Below are positions 38,601-51,200 of a stretch of 64,000 nucleotides of DNA, one piece after another. Position 1 is the first letter of the stretch. Each line of letters starts with the position of its first letter. A program made the translations under genes and the position numbers. This DNA is from Podarcis melisellensis (taxonomy: Eukaryota): the NCBI GenBank assembly GCA_964234715.1, contig OZ174276.1; one strand, given 5' to 3'. Below the pieces are notes generated by a model. That model was not told the origin of the DNA. It made no database searches and saw nothing but the letters and a program-made list of their open reading frames with translations.

Positions 38601-41600
38601 TCCTCATGTTCTCACAAGGGGAGGAACTTCCTCAGACATGCTTAATTTACCTATGATTTTGGTCTTGGATAAATCTTAAGGAGGCTTAGTCACCCTCATC
38701 AGATGTCCTTTTTAATTCTTCCCTTTCCTTTTCTGCTTGCTTCCTCTTCCAGATCAAAACGGTGATTGACAAAGAAATCAGGGCAGAAATAGCAGTCTAC
38801 AAAAATAATATAGACGTTAAGAATTTGTTGGATGACATGCAGCAGAAGGTGAGTGTAACATAGAAGGCCTGCTTCCTAGATCTAGTTGTTGGGGAGGCAA
38901 TGCTGGCAGGGGATCGTCCTTGTTTTCTGATGGCATCTTCTGCTAAGAGCTGGGAACAAAACCCCACCCTTAATTTGAAGGGTAACTTTGAATATTTTCA
39001 AGGGCCAAGGTGTACCCAATGGGATTCTTCACTTCTCGGCAGATCCCCATGTCATATCACAGACTCCTTCTGAAAGTGCCCTCAGTATTATAATAGTTTT
39101 GCCAAGTAAAGCTGTCTTGGAGATATGGATCTGTTGGTACATTAGATCCTCCCATTTTAAAAATGGCATTGCTGCATTAATATCCCACCTTTCCTCTTTA
39201 AAGACAGTAAGTCAACCACTGAAAGGTTGAATCAGTGCTGGGGTGGAATCGGTGGCCATGGTGCATGTTGGTGCCAGTGACATGGGGAAATAAATGGAAG
39301 GTCCTGGAAGCAAAATCTAAGTTGTTAGGTAGGTTGTAGAAAGCCAGGGCCTTCAAGGTAGATTCCTCTGAAATGCTGCTGGTTCCACAGAAGAGATTAC
39401 TTTCCGAAACCTTTGTCTACACAAGCAAGCAGGTACAACCAGGCAGAAATGGCCCAGTTTCTTTTGGGGTGACAATAACAGCTTTGTAACACTGCAAAAG
39501 AACAACAACAATGAAAAAGGAGTTAGATTAAATCACTATAAATTGGTGATTCAGAGGTTTAATTTGAAATCAAGCTGGATTTGGTATCTCTGGTAACCTC
39601 TCTGTTAATGTTGGCTATATGATCAGTATTGTTTTATTGGTACTGTTGCTGCAGATTTGTTATGGCCTTTGGCTAAAACAATAAACTTACATTGATTGGT
39701 ATATGTAAATGGACAATTGCCAACAAAGACCAATAGAAGTCACATTTGAATTAAAAAAAAGAAACTTCCCGAAAATGAGGGGTATAGTAAAAAGATGGTG
39801 AAAGGGAACCTGGTGGAGATAGCTGTTCTTCAACAGTATGCTATTTTCATGGTTGAAAATCTACATAATTGATATAGAGTATACTCTGCATGCCTATGAA
39901 TATCAGTTTTTGGGAATCGCAAGTGGGAAGAGAGTGCTTGCCTGCTTCCTATGGGTATCTGATTGGCTGCAGTGATAGTAGTAGGCTGTTGAACTATAGT
40001 GGGTCTTTGGCTTCATCCAGGAAGGCTCTTAAAAAGGTAAAGGGACCCCTGACCATTAGGTCCAGTCGTGACCGACTCTGGGGTTGTGGCGCTCATCTCG
40101 CTTTACTGGCCGAAGGAGCCAGCGTACAGCTTCCGGGTCATGTGGCCAGCATGACTAAGCCGCTTCTGGCGAACCAGAGCAGTGCACGGAAACACTGTTT
40201 ACCTTCCCGCTGGAGCAGTACCTATTTATCTACTTGCACTTTGATGTGCTTTCGAAGTGCTAGGTTGGCAGGAGCAGGGACCGAGCAACGGGAGCTCACC
40301 CCGTCGCGGGGATTCGAACCACCGACCTTCTGATCCGCAAGTCCTAGGCTCTGTGGTTTAACCCACAGCGCCACCTGCGTCCCAGGAAGGCTCTTACTAT
40401 GTTATTAAAGGCTGTTGGACTTGAACCTGGATTCAGTGATTCAACGGGTAGTTTTGTGCAGATCACAACAGTTGCCCTCTGTTCCCTATTTGCAAAATGG
40501 GAGTGATGGATGGATTACCATGCAGAATACTTGGGTATGTTAAGGAAATGTTCTCTGTTCTGGGAGTTAACAATCCCTGTTGGCCTGGAAGATACTGATC
40601 TCTCTCCCCCACCCTCATCTCTCTCCAATTGTAGTATAGCTGTTGTGGAGCCTCCAATTACACAGATTGGTTTAACGGAACTACGCCCTCAAATATACCT
40701 TCATCCTGCTGCAAACACAATGACACCGAATGCAAACAGAATCCAACCGTAGAAAAAATCAACCAGGAGGTATGGATGGATGAGTGCTGGAAAGGAGAGC
40801 TTTGTTCCTAGCATGAGGGTTCTGGCGGATGCTATAAAACCTTGTTTCCTCTCTCCCTGCAGGGCTGTGTAACAAAAATAGAAGCCTGGTTGAGAAAACA
40901 CATCATCATTGTGGCTGGAGTGGCATTGGGCATTGCCTTCTTTGAGGTACCAAGAATTATAATAGATTATGGGGAACTGTAGGTGGGTGGCTGGGTGTAC
41001 ATGCACGCGCATCTGCACCATGATGTTGTTACACTGGGGCAAACTACAGTTCTGTCTGTATTCAGTGCTTTTCTTTTTTAAAAAGAAGTTTTGACATTAA
41101 CATCAACCCGGATAAGTGATCTGGGTTAAATATTTCCATCATCCTGGATTTTAGTATCTTTAGTTAGCAGCAATGGAATCTGCAGGACTCTGAAACCCAA
41201 CTTTTGGCTTCTGGGCAAGCCTGCCTTTGGGACTTCACCCAAGCATTGCCCACCTATTTCTCCAGAGTTTTGTTCACAGCCTTAAAAGGTTTAGAAACGG
41301 CTCCCCCTGTCATCCAGACAAAAGGAGAAGATACTTGAACTTGGCACCATAGGTCCATGTAGAACTTATGATTCAGTAATCCAATGTGCATCTGATGTAC
41401 ACAGAGTGTTGCGTTGTATCCTGTGTCCCATCTGTACTGCTGACTAGCAGACTAGTGTGTAGTGTTAAGCTGCGAAGTAATGCTATTGGTGTTCTGCAGA
41501 GCTCTTCCATGCCAGCTCAGAATATTCCCCCAGCTTGTCAAGTCTATACTGTGGGCGGTAGAAATGTGTTGGCCCACGTTTGATTCACTAATGCAAATTG

Positions 41601-42231
41601 CAAGCACTGGAGAGATACCGGTACTGCTTGCTGTCATTACAACCGTGGTGGATTGTGCCCTTCATTTGGCAGTCTAGTGCAGAGCTCGGGGCATGGGGAT
41701 TGTTACAGGGAAATGGGCTACCTGAGTAAACAGAAGTAGCTTGTGAGCTATATAACTGGTTCCTGTGGCATGTGCATACCGAAGGAGGCCATTGCAGGCT
41801 TGAGCTGTTTGGACTGTAGAGGGATTGCCTTGCTGCCAGTTCCCCTTGCCCGCAAAGTTATGACTCCCTAAACAATCACCTGAAGTGGAGACCTAAAGGA
41901 CTGTAGCTCAGTAGGGGAGTATCTGCTTTGCATGCAGAAAGTAAGCAAATAACGGCTCTGCATGTAAAAGTTAAGCAAATTTGGTGGTGCATTTCAAAGA
42001 GCTGAGCAGGAGAAATTTCCTGCACACACACACACCCTAGGAAAGGATGGGAGAAGTGGTTGCATGGCCCCTATTCCTTGTAGGGCCACTGTGTAGTGAA
42101 ACATTCACTTACTTGCAAATTACACCTCACAGCTGATACAATTTTCTTGTAACTTCTTTCCTCAGCTCCTGGGCATCATTTTTGCTTGTTGTCTCATGAA
42201 AGGAATCCGCAGTGGCTACGAGGTTATGTAG
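25417..42231 (+). CDS. CD63: CD63 tetraspanin, 236 aa; join(25417-25482,35274-35462,36593-36667,38753-38848,40635-40769,40863-40946,42166-42231)
   Basis: All introns GT-AG and phase 0; total 711 nt. N-terminus MGVDGGMKCVKFL, FFGCCGA, EC2 CCG...PSSCC...C...GC, and C-terminal GYEVM lysosomal sorting motif. Confidence 0.97.
27047..27088. repeat. (AAT)n microsatellite
   Basis: Direct observation. Confidence 0.9.
27844..27978. mobile_element. hAT-family palindromic MITE
   Basis: cagcctttctcaacctt...aaggttgagagaggct; same core as 33481 and 54731. Confidence 0.8.
32608..32682. repeat. (GT)n(AT)n compound microsatellite within an L1 3' remnant (~32510-33000, minus)
   Basis: Direct observation. Confidence 0.9.
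33481..33616. mobile_element. hAT-family MITE
   Basis: TIR caggcttcctcaacc/ggttgaggaagcctg; perfect 8-bp TSD ctctagga. Confidence 0.9.
34295..34755. mobile_element. hAT non-autonomous element (~460 bp)
   Basis: Imperfect TIR cagggttcgaaa/tttctaacactg; 8-bp TSD catggatg. Confidence 0.7.
35274..35462 (+). CDS. CD63: CD63 coding exon 2
   Basis: LCGIALIALGIYVQ...FFGCCGALKENYCMVTT, 189 nt; consensus branch point cactaac upstream. Confidence 0.95.
35668..35795. mobile_element. hAT-family MITE
   Basis: TIR caggcataggcaacc/ggttgcctatgcctg; TSD gaataaac/gaataaat. Confidence 0.85.
36593..36667 (+). CDS. CD63: CD63 coding exon 3
   Basis: FAVLLTLIFLVEIAAAIAGYIYKDE, 75 nt. Confidence 0.95.
36775..38380 (-). 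mobile_element. Nested L1 ORF2/3'UTR fragments (two copies)
   Basis: Minus-strand FMYATTAA..LLA...EVPTKEEWQLKLM...FKEDWKMFIEY and KGFWEMIHNELK...TAAAARILYKQKWKGGEVVTKEE, typical of the squamate L1 ORF2 C-terminus. Confidence 0.7.
37771..37941 (-). pseudogene. MTLN: Mitoregulin (MTLN) processed pseudogene; whole insert ~37437-37949
   Basis: Translates to MALRSERSVKVAVLLTFA*GLLVGWQANRVRRCYLDWQKKWLLEQLAATQKKLDLA*, 56 codons collinear with human mitoregulin. Premature TAA at 37885-37887, AATAAA at 37467-37472 (minus), TSD ccctgcccac(t/g)tttt. Confidence 0.92.
38753..38848 (+). CDS. CD63: CD63 coding exon 4
   Basis: IKTVIDKEIRAEIAVYKNNIDVKNLLDDMQQK, 96 nt; strong acceptor, donor gtgagt. Confidence 0.92.
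40032..40382 (-). mobile_element. Sauria SINE, full length
   Basis: Family sequence; TSD caggaaggctctta on both sides. Confidence 0.9.
40635..40769 (+). CDS. CD63: CD63 coding exon 5 (EC2 loop)
   Basis: YSCCGASNYTDWFNGTTPSNIPSSCCKHNDTECKQNPTVEKINQE; three N-glycosylation sequons. Confidence 0.95.
40863..40946 (+). CDS. CD63: CD63 coding exon 6
   Basis: GCVTKIEAWLRKHIIIVAGVALGIAFFE, 84 nt, after a 93-nt intron. Confidence 0.95.
42166..42231 (+). CDS. CD63: CD63 last coding exon
   Basis: LLGIIFACCLMKGIRSGYEVM*. Confidence 0.97.
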   Translation, partial: LLGIIFACCLMKGIRSGYEVM

Positions 42232-42839
42232 CCGCATCTCATCTTATCACATCTGGTTACTGCAGCAGCAATCACAGAACCTTTTCTGGGGGTGCAACTG
42301 ACCATTATATATGCCTGTAGAACAGGCGTTGGGTGAATGTCTCCTCTTCTGTTCCCTTTCTTGAACACATATGCCGCCCTCCCAAGGATTCACACGTTGC
42401 CTTATCTCTCCCCACCCTCCAATCCCCTAATGGGATGTTTCCCTCAAAGTTCCTATCTTCTGTGCCTCATTCAACACTCCATTCCTACTTCAAAAGTTGC
42501 ATTAGCTTTCATGCTATACTTCACGATCTAGTGGGCATCTTGTGATACACGACTGTTATTGTATTCCATCAAATTTTCTTAGTCCCTTTGATAGGCCTGA
42601 GCAAGGACCTCTGAACTTTTGCTTCTCCCAGATTCAATCTTCAAGACTTCTGGACCTGCAGCATTTCCCCTTGACACCTCACCTAATAAGTAGACTGCTA
42701 TATACTTTAGGATGCTCCTTTTTTCCCCCCTTGGAAAGACTGTCTGTTTAATCAAGTGAGCATAGTTGTTTTGGAAACCACAACGGGATGGAAAATTGTG
42801 GGGACTTTGTTTTTTTAGCCAGTAATTCATTATTTGGAA

Positions 42840-42845
42840 AATAAA
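42840..42845 (+). terminator. CD63 polyadenylation signal
   Basis: AATAAA ~610 nt after the stop codon, with GT/T-rich sequence downstream. Confidence 0.65.
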
Positions 42846-44685
42846 GACATTGTTTCTCCCATGTGTTCTGGCTTATTTATGTGCTATCTCCATCCTGATT
42901 TCGCATTTGTCTGCATTGTGGATAGATGGCAAGCTTCAAAAAGAAATTTCCTTGCATTTGTAATTACGTATTTAAATCTTCCTGATGCCTCTTTGATCTC
43001 TCTGGAAGCCAAATCACTCTATAACCTTAGACTTCTATCATACCCTTACCTGCTCCTGGTTTTTAACTGGACTTTGGTTCTGGGCAGTGGATCACTTTTG
43101 TTCTGTCCAGAACCTTTTGAGGGTGTGGCAGGGATTTTTCTAATTCGCACTGCAGCTGCAGTTTCCTTACCCTTGTATTATCTCTACTGTGTCAATATAT
43201 TGCCATACTGACCTTTAACGTAGCCTACAAAAGCAGACAGAACTTCGGCTGAGTTCTGTCTGCTGTGATGAATAAGTAATTTGCAGCCTGCTAGGAGGAA
43301 CTTCTGTGTAGCTGAAATCTCCCTGGGTTGAGGTCATAGGAAAAGGAACTATGGCTGTTCTGGAGAACACATGAGCTCTTCTTCTTTGCAAAAATTAATA
43401 ACCCCGTAGCCACCAGCTATTTCAGTATTCTCATGTGATGAATAACCATGCCTTCTTACGCAAAGCACAGTTATGCGTTTATGGTAGGATTATTCATGCT
43501 TTTTATGTCTTTGGGTATCCTGCCTCTCCAAAATCACGAATGAGTGCATGCATGCTTCAGTAGTGATGTCCATCTAAAAACCTACGCTTTGGGGCTAACT
43601 GTGCCATTGATTGAGGCCCCAAATAAGACACAAGAAAGAGTACAGTACAGGTCTTGTTGCTTTCCCCTCATTCTGTGCTTCACTGGTCCTACTTGCTCAG
43701 CACCTTGCAACTGGGATGTCTTCGCACCTTTGGGGGAAAGACCCATACTCTACTGCTGCAGTGGAGAGATGAAGGGTTTCAGCTTGGCTGAAAATTCCGA
43801 CTCCCTAATTCTGCATATGTCAATAGCAAGCTTGCATTTAACCCAGTGGTGATACGCTCTGCCTCTGCACAGGACCAGCCCCTCTCAGTTGCTCATATTC
43901 AACTGGGGTACAGTCATCTTTTTATGTGTGTTAGCCAACTAAATTTATCTATCCCCTTTCCAAGTAGATCCTGGCCATCTTAAGATGAGGTGGGGAGCCT
44001 TTTCTATATCAAAGGCTGCATTTCTTGTGGGCAATTTCAACTACCTGCATGCATTTTAAACAGCCCTGCCCCCCCCAGGTTGCCACCTGGTGTCCCACGT
44101 GGCTGAAACAGCTAACTTTCAAGCTATATAGTCTGGTTAATTCCTGAGGTCCTTTGGAAGTTTGGGGTGGGTGGGTTGGAAGAGAAAGAAGAGTTTGAGC
44201 TTCTCTGAATCAGCTTCTGTACTCTGCAACTATTGCCCTGTAATGTGTTGACTCGTGAAAGTGCCAGGAATTTCGCGGACTGATGTAAAAGCCCACCACC
44301 CTCAGCAACTGCCCTGTATAGCGTGCTCTTGATCCTCAACCTTCGAGGATTCTATGCCAAACTGTCGGGAGCATCTCTTGCAAAATGTTGCTTTAGAAAC
44401 CTTAAAAAAACCACTTCCCTAGACACTTCAGCTGCTGCAATATCCTCTGCTTCTAATTCTTCACTGGTTGACCACCTCACTGCAAGTGTGGTTTCTCCCT
44501 AATCGTGCTCCCAGTCTGGATTATTTTTCCCTTCTATATGGTTGGTGCCTGGCTTAGAAACACCGTGATCTATAACAATCATGCTTTTTTGGAGGACTGT
44601 TGAAAGTTTCCATAACACCCTTTGATCTGCGGAAGAGGAGCAAGCAGGCTGGGCAAACAGCTTTTTTCCTACTGACAATGACACT

Positions 44686-44691
44686 TTTATT
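44686..44691 (-). terminator. RDH5 polyadenylation signal
   Basis: AATAAA on minus strand ~100 nt after the stop codon. Confidence 0.55.
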
Positions 44692-44787
44692 TCTTCATAG
44701 TTCTTGCGAAGGAATGTGGTCTGTCTGATTGACAGCTGGTCCACAGGCTTGGTCCTGGAGAGAGGTGAGGTGTGAGGTTTGGGAAGT

Positions 44788-45011
44788 CTAGCGGGCCCGA
44801 TGGGCTGGCTTGGGTAGGATGGTAGCCAAAACAATGTCCACCATGAAGGCAGGTAGATAAGAGACTGGCAGCCACACAAACTTGGCATCCCAGCCAGCGC
44901 TATAACGGGTGCGGGGGTATTTGGCCTGAAGGGCATGCTCCATGCAGTTGGTCACTTTGCTGAGGTCTGGATCGCAGATGATGTTCATGATGAACTTCTG
45001 GACTTTCAGGT
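44788..45011 (-). CDS. RDH5: RDH5 last coding exon
   Basis: (Y)[27 protein letters not shown]...PKPAHRAR*. Confidence 0.93.
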
Positions 45012-48000
45012 CTGTTGAGAGGCAAGTATAATTGCAGTCATCAAAAACAAAGAGGGACCATTTTACGAACTGCCTGCCTACCTTTGCCTGCCCAGTGCAT
45101 CCATCCTAATTACTACCTACACTCTTCCTCCTCCTCACACCTGGTTCCTGGTTTCCCTGGTCTTGGACCTAGTACTTCAGATCGAAATCAGAACTTTTAT
45201 GCACATGCTTGGCATTTTTTTTTATTTGCATCTATGTTGGAAGGCACATCTGCACAATCCCTTTTTTTGGAGTGTATGTAACCCTATGGCTCCAGAGTAC
45301 TTTGATGGCTTTCGGAACACTGTTAAACTCAGAGGAACTAGTAACAGGCTCTGCGTGCATTACAAAACACGTATCTCGGATTGCACCACGTGTTGGTTTT
45401 GCCCAGGGGACATGACCTCTTCTTATCTGAACTTAAAATTGTGAACAGAGGCACAGTGTGGTGTAACGGTTAAAAGTGTTGGGCTGTGACCTGGGAGACC
45501 AGAGTTCGAAACCACACACTGCCAGGAAGCTCACTGGGTGACCAGTCTCTGTCTCTTGGCCTAACCTACTTCACGGGGTTGTTGTGAGGATAACATGGAG
45601 GTGGAAGAACCTTCAGCTCCTTAGTTGTGGGTGGGTGGGGGGAGGTGTTATATGAACGTAGTGAGGAAATAAAAAATGCAGTCACCTCTCTTCTGTAGCA
45701 GTTGACTCTCCCCTAATCCCATGCCTCTAAATAAGTGTACACCAAGGATTTGATCCTTTTATAAGCCCCATTATGAAACTGGCAGATGTCTCCATGCCTG
45801 AGCCGAGCTGCCCAGCTCCAGTCTTAGAAGGTGAAAGATTAGCTTGAGCTTACAGAGTATGTCTCTTCCTTCCCACCCACCTCATATGAGAAGTTGTGCA
45901 TGCCAAGACATCACCACCAAAGGAAGGCTGGAGGGAGGGAGCTCTGCAAGCACCAGCAGTCCTAGCAAGTTGTAGTGTGGGTTAAGGGATCCAGTGCTAG
46001 CTCGTGTTGGGAGCCTCTACCAATGAACTAAAGCACATACTTGAACCATGGAGAAACCATTGCAGGATTGTGCTGCTTAGGAGCTGACAGATGAAAGATA
46101 AGAGTGATGGTTAAAAAGAAGAAGCTGAAACAGGGTTGGAATTTGCTGCAAGTAATGGGGTGTATAGGGACGTGGGTGGCGCTGTGGGTTAAACCACAGA
46201 GCCTAGGACTTGCCAATCAGAAGGTCGGCGGTTTGAATCCCTGTGACGGGGTGAGCTCCCATTGCTCGGTCCCAGCTCCTGCCAACCTAGCAGTTGGAAA
46301 GCACGAAGTGCAAGTAGATAAATAGGTACCACTCCGGCGGGAAGGTAAACGGCGTTTCCATGTGCTGCTCTGGTTTGCCAGGAGCGGCTTAGTCATGCTG
46401 GCCACATGACCCAGAAGCTGTACGCTGTCTCCCTTGGCCAATAAAGCGAGAGGAGTGCCGCAACCCCATAGTCGGCCACGACTGGACCTAATGGTCAGGG
46501 GTCCCTTTACCTTTACCTTTAATGGGGTGCAGGGGAGAAATAGTATGGATAGGAAAATTGGCCTTCCATGTGTTGTTGGACTCCATCCTCCATTAGTCCT
46601 GGCTGGCATGGCTGATAGTCTGGGTCTATGGGAGGTGTAGTTCAGCAGCATCAGGAGGGCCACAGGTTAGAATCATAGAATCTTAGAATTGGAAGGGACC
46701 CAAGGGTCATCTAGTACAACACTCTGCAATGCAAGAATCTCAGCTAAAGCATCCATGACAGATCGCCATCCAGCCTCTGCTTAAATCCTCCAAGCATTCT
46801 CCCTCTTCTATGTTACAGCTCTTAAGGCATTTGAAGATGGCCATTATATCTCTCCTCTGTCTCCTCTTTTCCAGGCTAAGCATACCCAGCTCCTTCAAGC
46901 GTTCCTCATAAGGCTTAGTTTCCAGACCCTTGATCATTTTGGGTCTGGAAACTTAGGTTAGTCATTCTTGTGCTAGGGCTTGAATTAAGTTCTTGCTGCT
47001 CTGTGCCTGTTCTGTTCTTTTGTACAGCTAACAGCCCTGTATTTCAGAAACAAGATCTAACCTTGCTTTCCCTCCAGCAGTCAGTGGCTGCACTGGTACT
47101 CACAGTTTGGAAAGAAGTCTTCACCGTAGCTCTGCCGAGTCTCGGGGCTCAGTCGGTCCCAGAGTTGCCTTAAGGAGGCTTCTATTGATTCAAGGTTGGT
47201 CACAGCCGTCTTGAAGAAGCCCGGCTCCACAATAGAGACCTTTACCCCAAAATGGTACATATCCCTCCTAAAAAAGAGGGGGAAAAAGAGGAGTTTCATA
47301 TTCCATACTCACCATTGCAAGGATTAGGAACACACTCCATGAGCTTGCCATGAAGGGGTTGAATAATAGCGAGACTGGAGACGCCAGTATGTTGCAATTT
47401 CAGCTGAATTTGGGGAAACTGCTTGAAGCATCCTTTGTGCAGAGCTATTTCCATTGCTTTTTGTTTGATTTGCTCATTGCAAACAGCTGAAATTCTGACA
47501 ATAAACCTGATTTGCAATGGGGATGGGTTGAATAAATTTGATTGCAACTGTAAAGGTAAACACAGCCTATATCAAGTGATCGTGAACATGTGTGTGTGTA
47601 TATACATATGTCTTCCACCTTTTTTTACTGGCTGGGCTTCTACCTTTACTTTTTGCATAAAATAAGCTTACAGCTCTTTATTTCCATTATGGGGGAAATG
47701 CAACTGCTGAACCTATTATTGTGCAGTGGCTAAAAGTACAGGATTGCTGCCAGCAAAAAAAAACTTGGCAACTCCAATGTGCAGCCAGCACAAAGAGGGA
47801 AGCTCAACACCCAAGCAGCTTCCTGTTGTGGGAAATTTGCCCCTTTGTGATGCCACACTTGACTTTTGTCATCAAAACAATTCCTTTTTCCTATCTTACT
47901 TTACATCGCAGCTTAAAAGAATTTGGAACCCTAGCATGATTGCACTGCTAGAACCTGGATGAAAACATGGGAAAAGGCCGTTATCAGTGAACCTGCTCCT

Positions 48001-48149
48001 TCCTAGCAATTGTAGCAGCTGTGGCATGGCAACACAAGATGGAAAAGGCGATGAAGAAGTCTCTTGCACACTTTCATATCTAAAGATCTGCTTTTTAAAA
48101 AAATCTGATTTAATGTTTGTATAATGCTGTAGGTCTTACCAGCTTAATA

Positions 48150-48234
<85 letters not shown>

Positions 48235-51200
48235 TATACCCCGCCCATCTGGCTGGGTCCCCCCAGCCACTCTGGGCGGCTTCCAACAAAACATTTAATA
48301 CAATAACCTATTAAACATTAAAAGCTTCCCTAACCAGGGCTGCCTTTAGATGTCTTCTAAAAGTTTGGTAGTTATTTTTCTCTTTGACATCTGGTGGGAG
48401 GTTGTTCCACAGGGCGGGTGCCACTACCGAGAAGGCCCTCTGCCTGGTTCCCTGTAACTTGGCTTCTTGCAGCAAGGGAACCGCCAGAAGGCCCTTGGAG
48501 TTGGACCACAGTGTCTGGACAGCTGTTATGTTATTTCACTCCTGCTCTCCTGTTAGGTTCTAGTTAGCCCAGGGTGGTGATGCAGACAATTGATACACTA
48601 ATTAATCAGCAACCAGAACAGAAGATCGCTTCTGCCTGTTTGGATGGGAGTGCCTGCTGAGACTCGCTGAACTGCAGGATGGGAAGAGACTGAATTGGTT
48701 TCGCCTAGTTTGAAGGTGTGTGTGTAGACCGAGATCTGAAAAGGCATAGCTTGAGATTGGGCTTTGTCTCAGCATCTAGTTTCGAAGTGTGGAGGTCTGG
48801 AATTTATGCTGAGGACAGGCACCAAATGGACTGATGCATTTCCCAATTGCAGAAGTGTGAAATCCACGGGGTTGCACCCAACATTAGTCACGCTCATAGT
48901 AGACCTGTTGAAAACAACTAATTTAAGCCCATTAATTTCAAGGGGTCTACTCTGAGTAACACTTAGTTGGCTACAAACCATCCTTTCTAGATGACACTGA
49001 CTGTGTTCAGATGTGATGCTAAAGCCATGGCTCAGAATGAGCTACAGCACATCAGAACTGGGCATTATCCTTCCAAAGGCAAACATGACTCCTTTTCCAC
49101 CAGCAGGAGGAGCAGTTGATCTAAGGTGTTTCTCCCCTCTCAGTCTGGCTGCTGGCAAAATTCAGCTTGAGGCTGAAGGAATTGTCAAAAGTTGTTGAGG
49201 TGTTTTTTTATTTTTTAAAAACGTTTTTTGTTTTGACTCTGCCGACATAGGTTGCCATACATCTGGATTTTCCTGGACTTTTCTCTTTCTTTGCCTATTT
49301 CCGCCTGAACACTGCTTCCAACTGCAGTAAAAAGGTAAAGGTAAAGGACCCGTGGACAATTAAGTCCAGTCAAAGGCAACTTTGGGGTTGTGGCGCTCAT
49401 CTCGCTTTCAGTCCAAGGGAGCCGGCGTTTGTCCACAGACAGCTCTCCAGGTCATGTAGCCAGCATGACTAAACTGCTTCTGGCACAACAGAACACTGAC
49501 GGAAGCCAGAGCGCACGGAAACGCCGTTTACCTTCCCGTTGAATCAGTACCTATTTATCTACTTGCACTGGTATGCTTTCGATCTGCTAGGTTGGTAGGA
49601 GCTGGGACAGAGCAACGGGAGCTCACCCCGTCAAGCGTATCGAACCTCCAACCTTCTGATCGGAAAGTCAACTGCAGTATTCCAGCTATGTCTGCGAACT
49701 TCCAGGTGTATGGGGTGCCACAGAATTGAGCAGAACAGAGAAGGCAAGGGGGTGGGAGTGCCAATTTTTTGGCCAGGCACAGGGCACTGCTGAAATCTGA
49801 AAGACCAAAGTCCACCCCTGATTAAAGAAGAGAGGGCCGGGCTAGCCCAGGACATGTTGTTGATTGAGGCAACAATCCCTATGGCCACTCCCTCTGCTCA
49901 GATCCAGGCCCACTCTCCTCTGCCATTTCCTCCCCTACCATACCTGTGCTGCTGCACCCCCAACCTCACCACCCCCCCGCCACTGTGCTGTGGTGGCGGG
50001 AGGCAAGGGCATGGAGAAGGTGGCAAGCAGCAGTACAGATTAGCCACATGCTCCCTGGACTTGGCTCTGCCACCTGAAGCGATTGCCTCACGTTGCCTCA
50101 TGAGTGGGCCAGCCCTGCGAGAGGATGTCTACTGGAATAAAGTAGGTTTACTGTGGAGGGCAATGTAGAATCAGTGTCACATAGTTGTTAGGGTGTCAGG
50201 CAAGGGGACCTGGGAAGCCAGGGTTCAAATTCCTCTCCCTCAGCCCTGAAGGTCATTGGGTAACCTTGGTCTCTCAGCCTAACCAACCTTGCAGTGTTGT
50301 GGCAAGGATAAAATGGGAACACAGAATCATTTACAGTGGTACCTCGGGTTACATACTCTTCAGGTTACATACACTTCAGGTTACAGACTCCACTAACCCA
50401 GAAATAGTGCTCCAGGTTAAGAACTTTGCTTCAGGATGAGAACAGAAAGCATGCTCCAGCGTCGCGGCAGCAGCAGGAGGCCCCATTAGCTAAAGTGGTG
50501 CTTCAGGTTAAGTACGGACCTCCAGAACGAATTAAGTAATTAACCCGAGGTACCACTGTACATGAGCTTGAGCTCCCTGGAGGAAAAGTGAGATATAAAT
50601 ATAAAAGAGAGAGAGAGAGAGAGAATGTGAGAAAATGAGATAAACAGGAGGAAAAGGGATGGAAGAGAATATAAGGGAGCAAAGGACCATGATAATCAGA
50701 TGTGGGAAACTGGATGTGGGAAACTTGACAGTGGCTATGGGGTGAGCACAAGCAAAGCCCTACCTGTTCTCCTACCTGAGGCTGTCGGAGAAGGCCTCAA
50801 CAGTGTATTTGGAAACACAGTAGCCACCACCATTGGCTGAGAGGCGACCCAAGACGCTGGAGGTGTTGACCACTCGGCCACGTGCCCTTTTGAGCAAAGG
50901 TAGGAAGGCCAGAGATACCTCGATGACCCCAAAGGTGTTGACAGACATGACCTTGCGGTAATCCTCCACGCTCATCCATTCTGTGGGGCCAATGGGGTTG
51001 GCCACACCTGCGTTGTTCACCAGGCCAAAGAGCCCTGGAGAGGGAGAATTATTGGGGAGGGGGGAAAGAGACAGATCACACCTTGGCTTTATAGCATCCT
51101 GTTTTTCACTGTGGGGAAAAAAAGATGCTACGCAAAGTTGCCTTATAATGAATCAGATTGTTGTCTCAAATGACCTAGTACGGTGTACCGTGCTTGCCAG

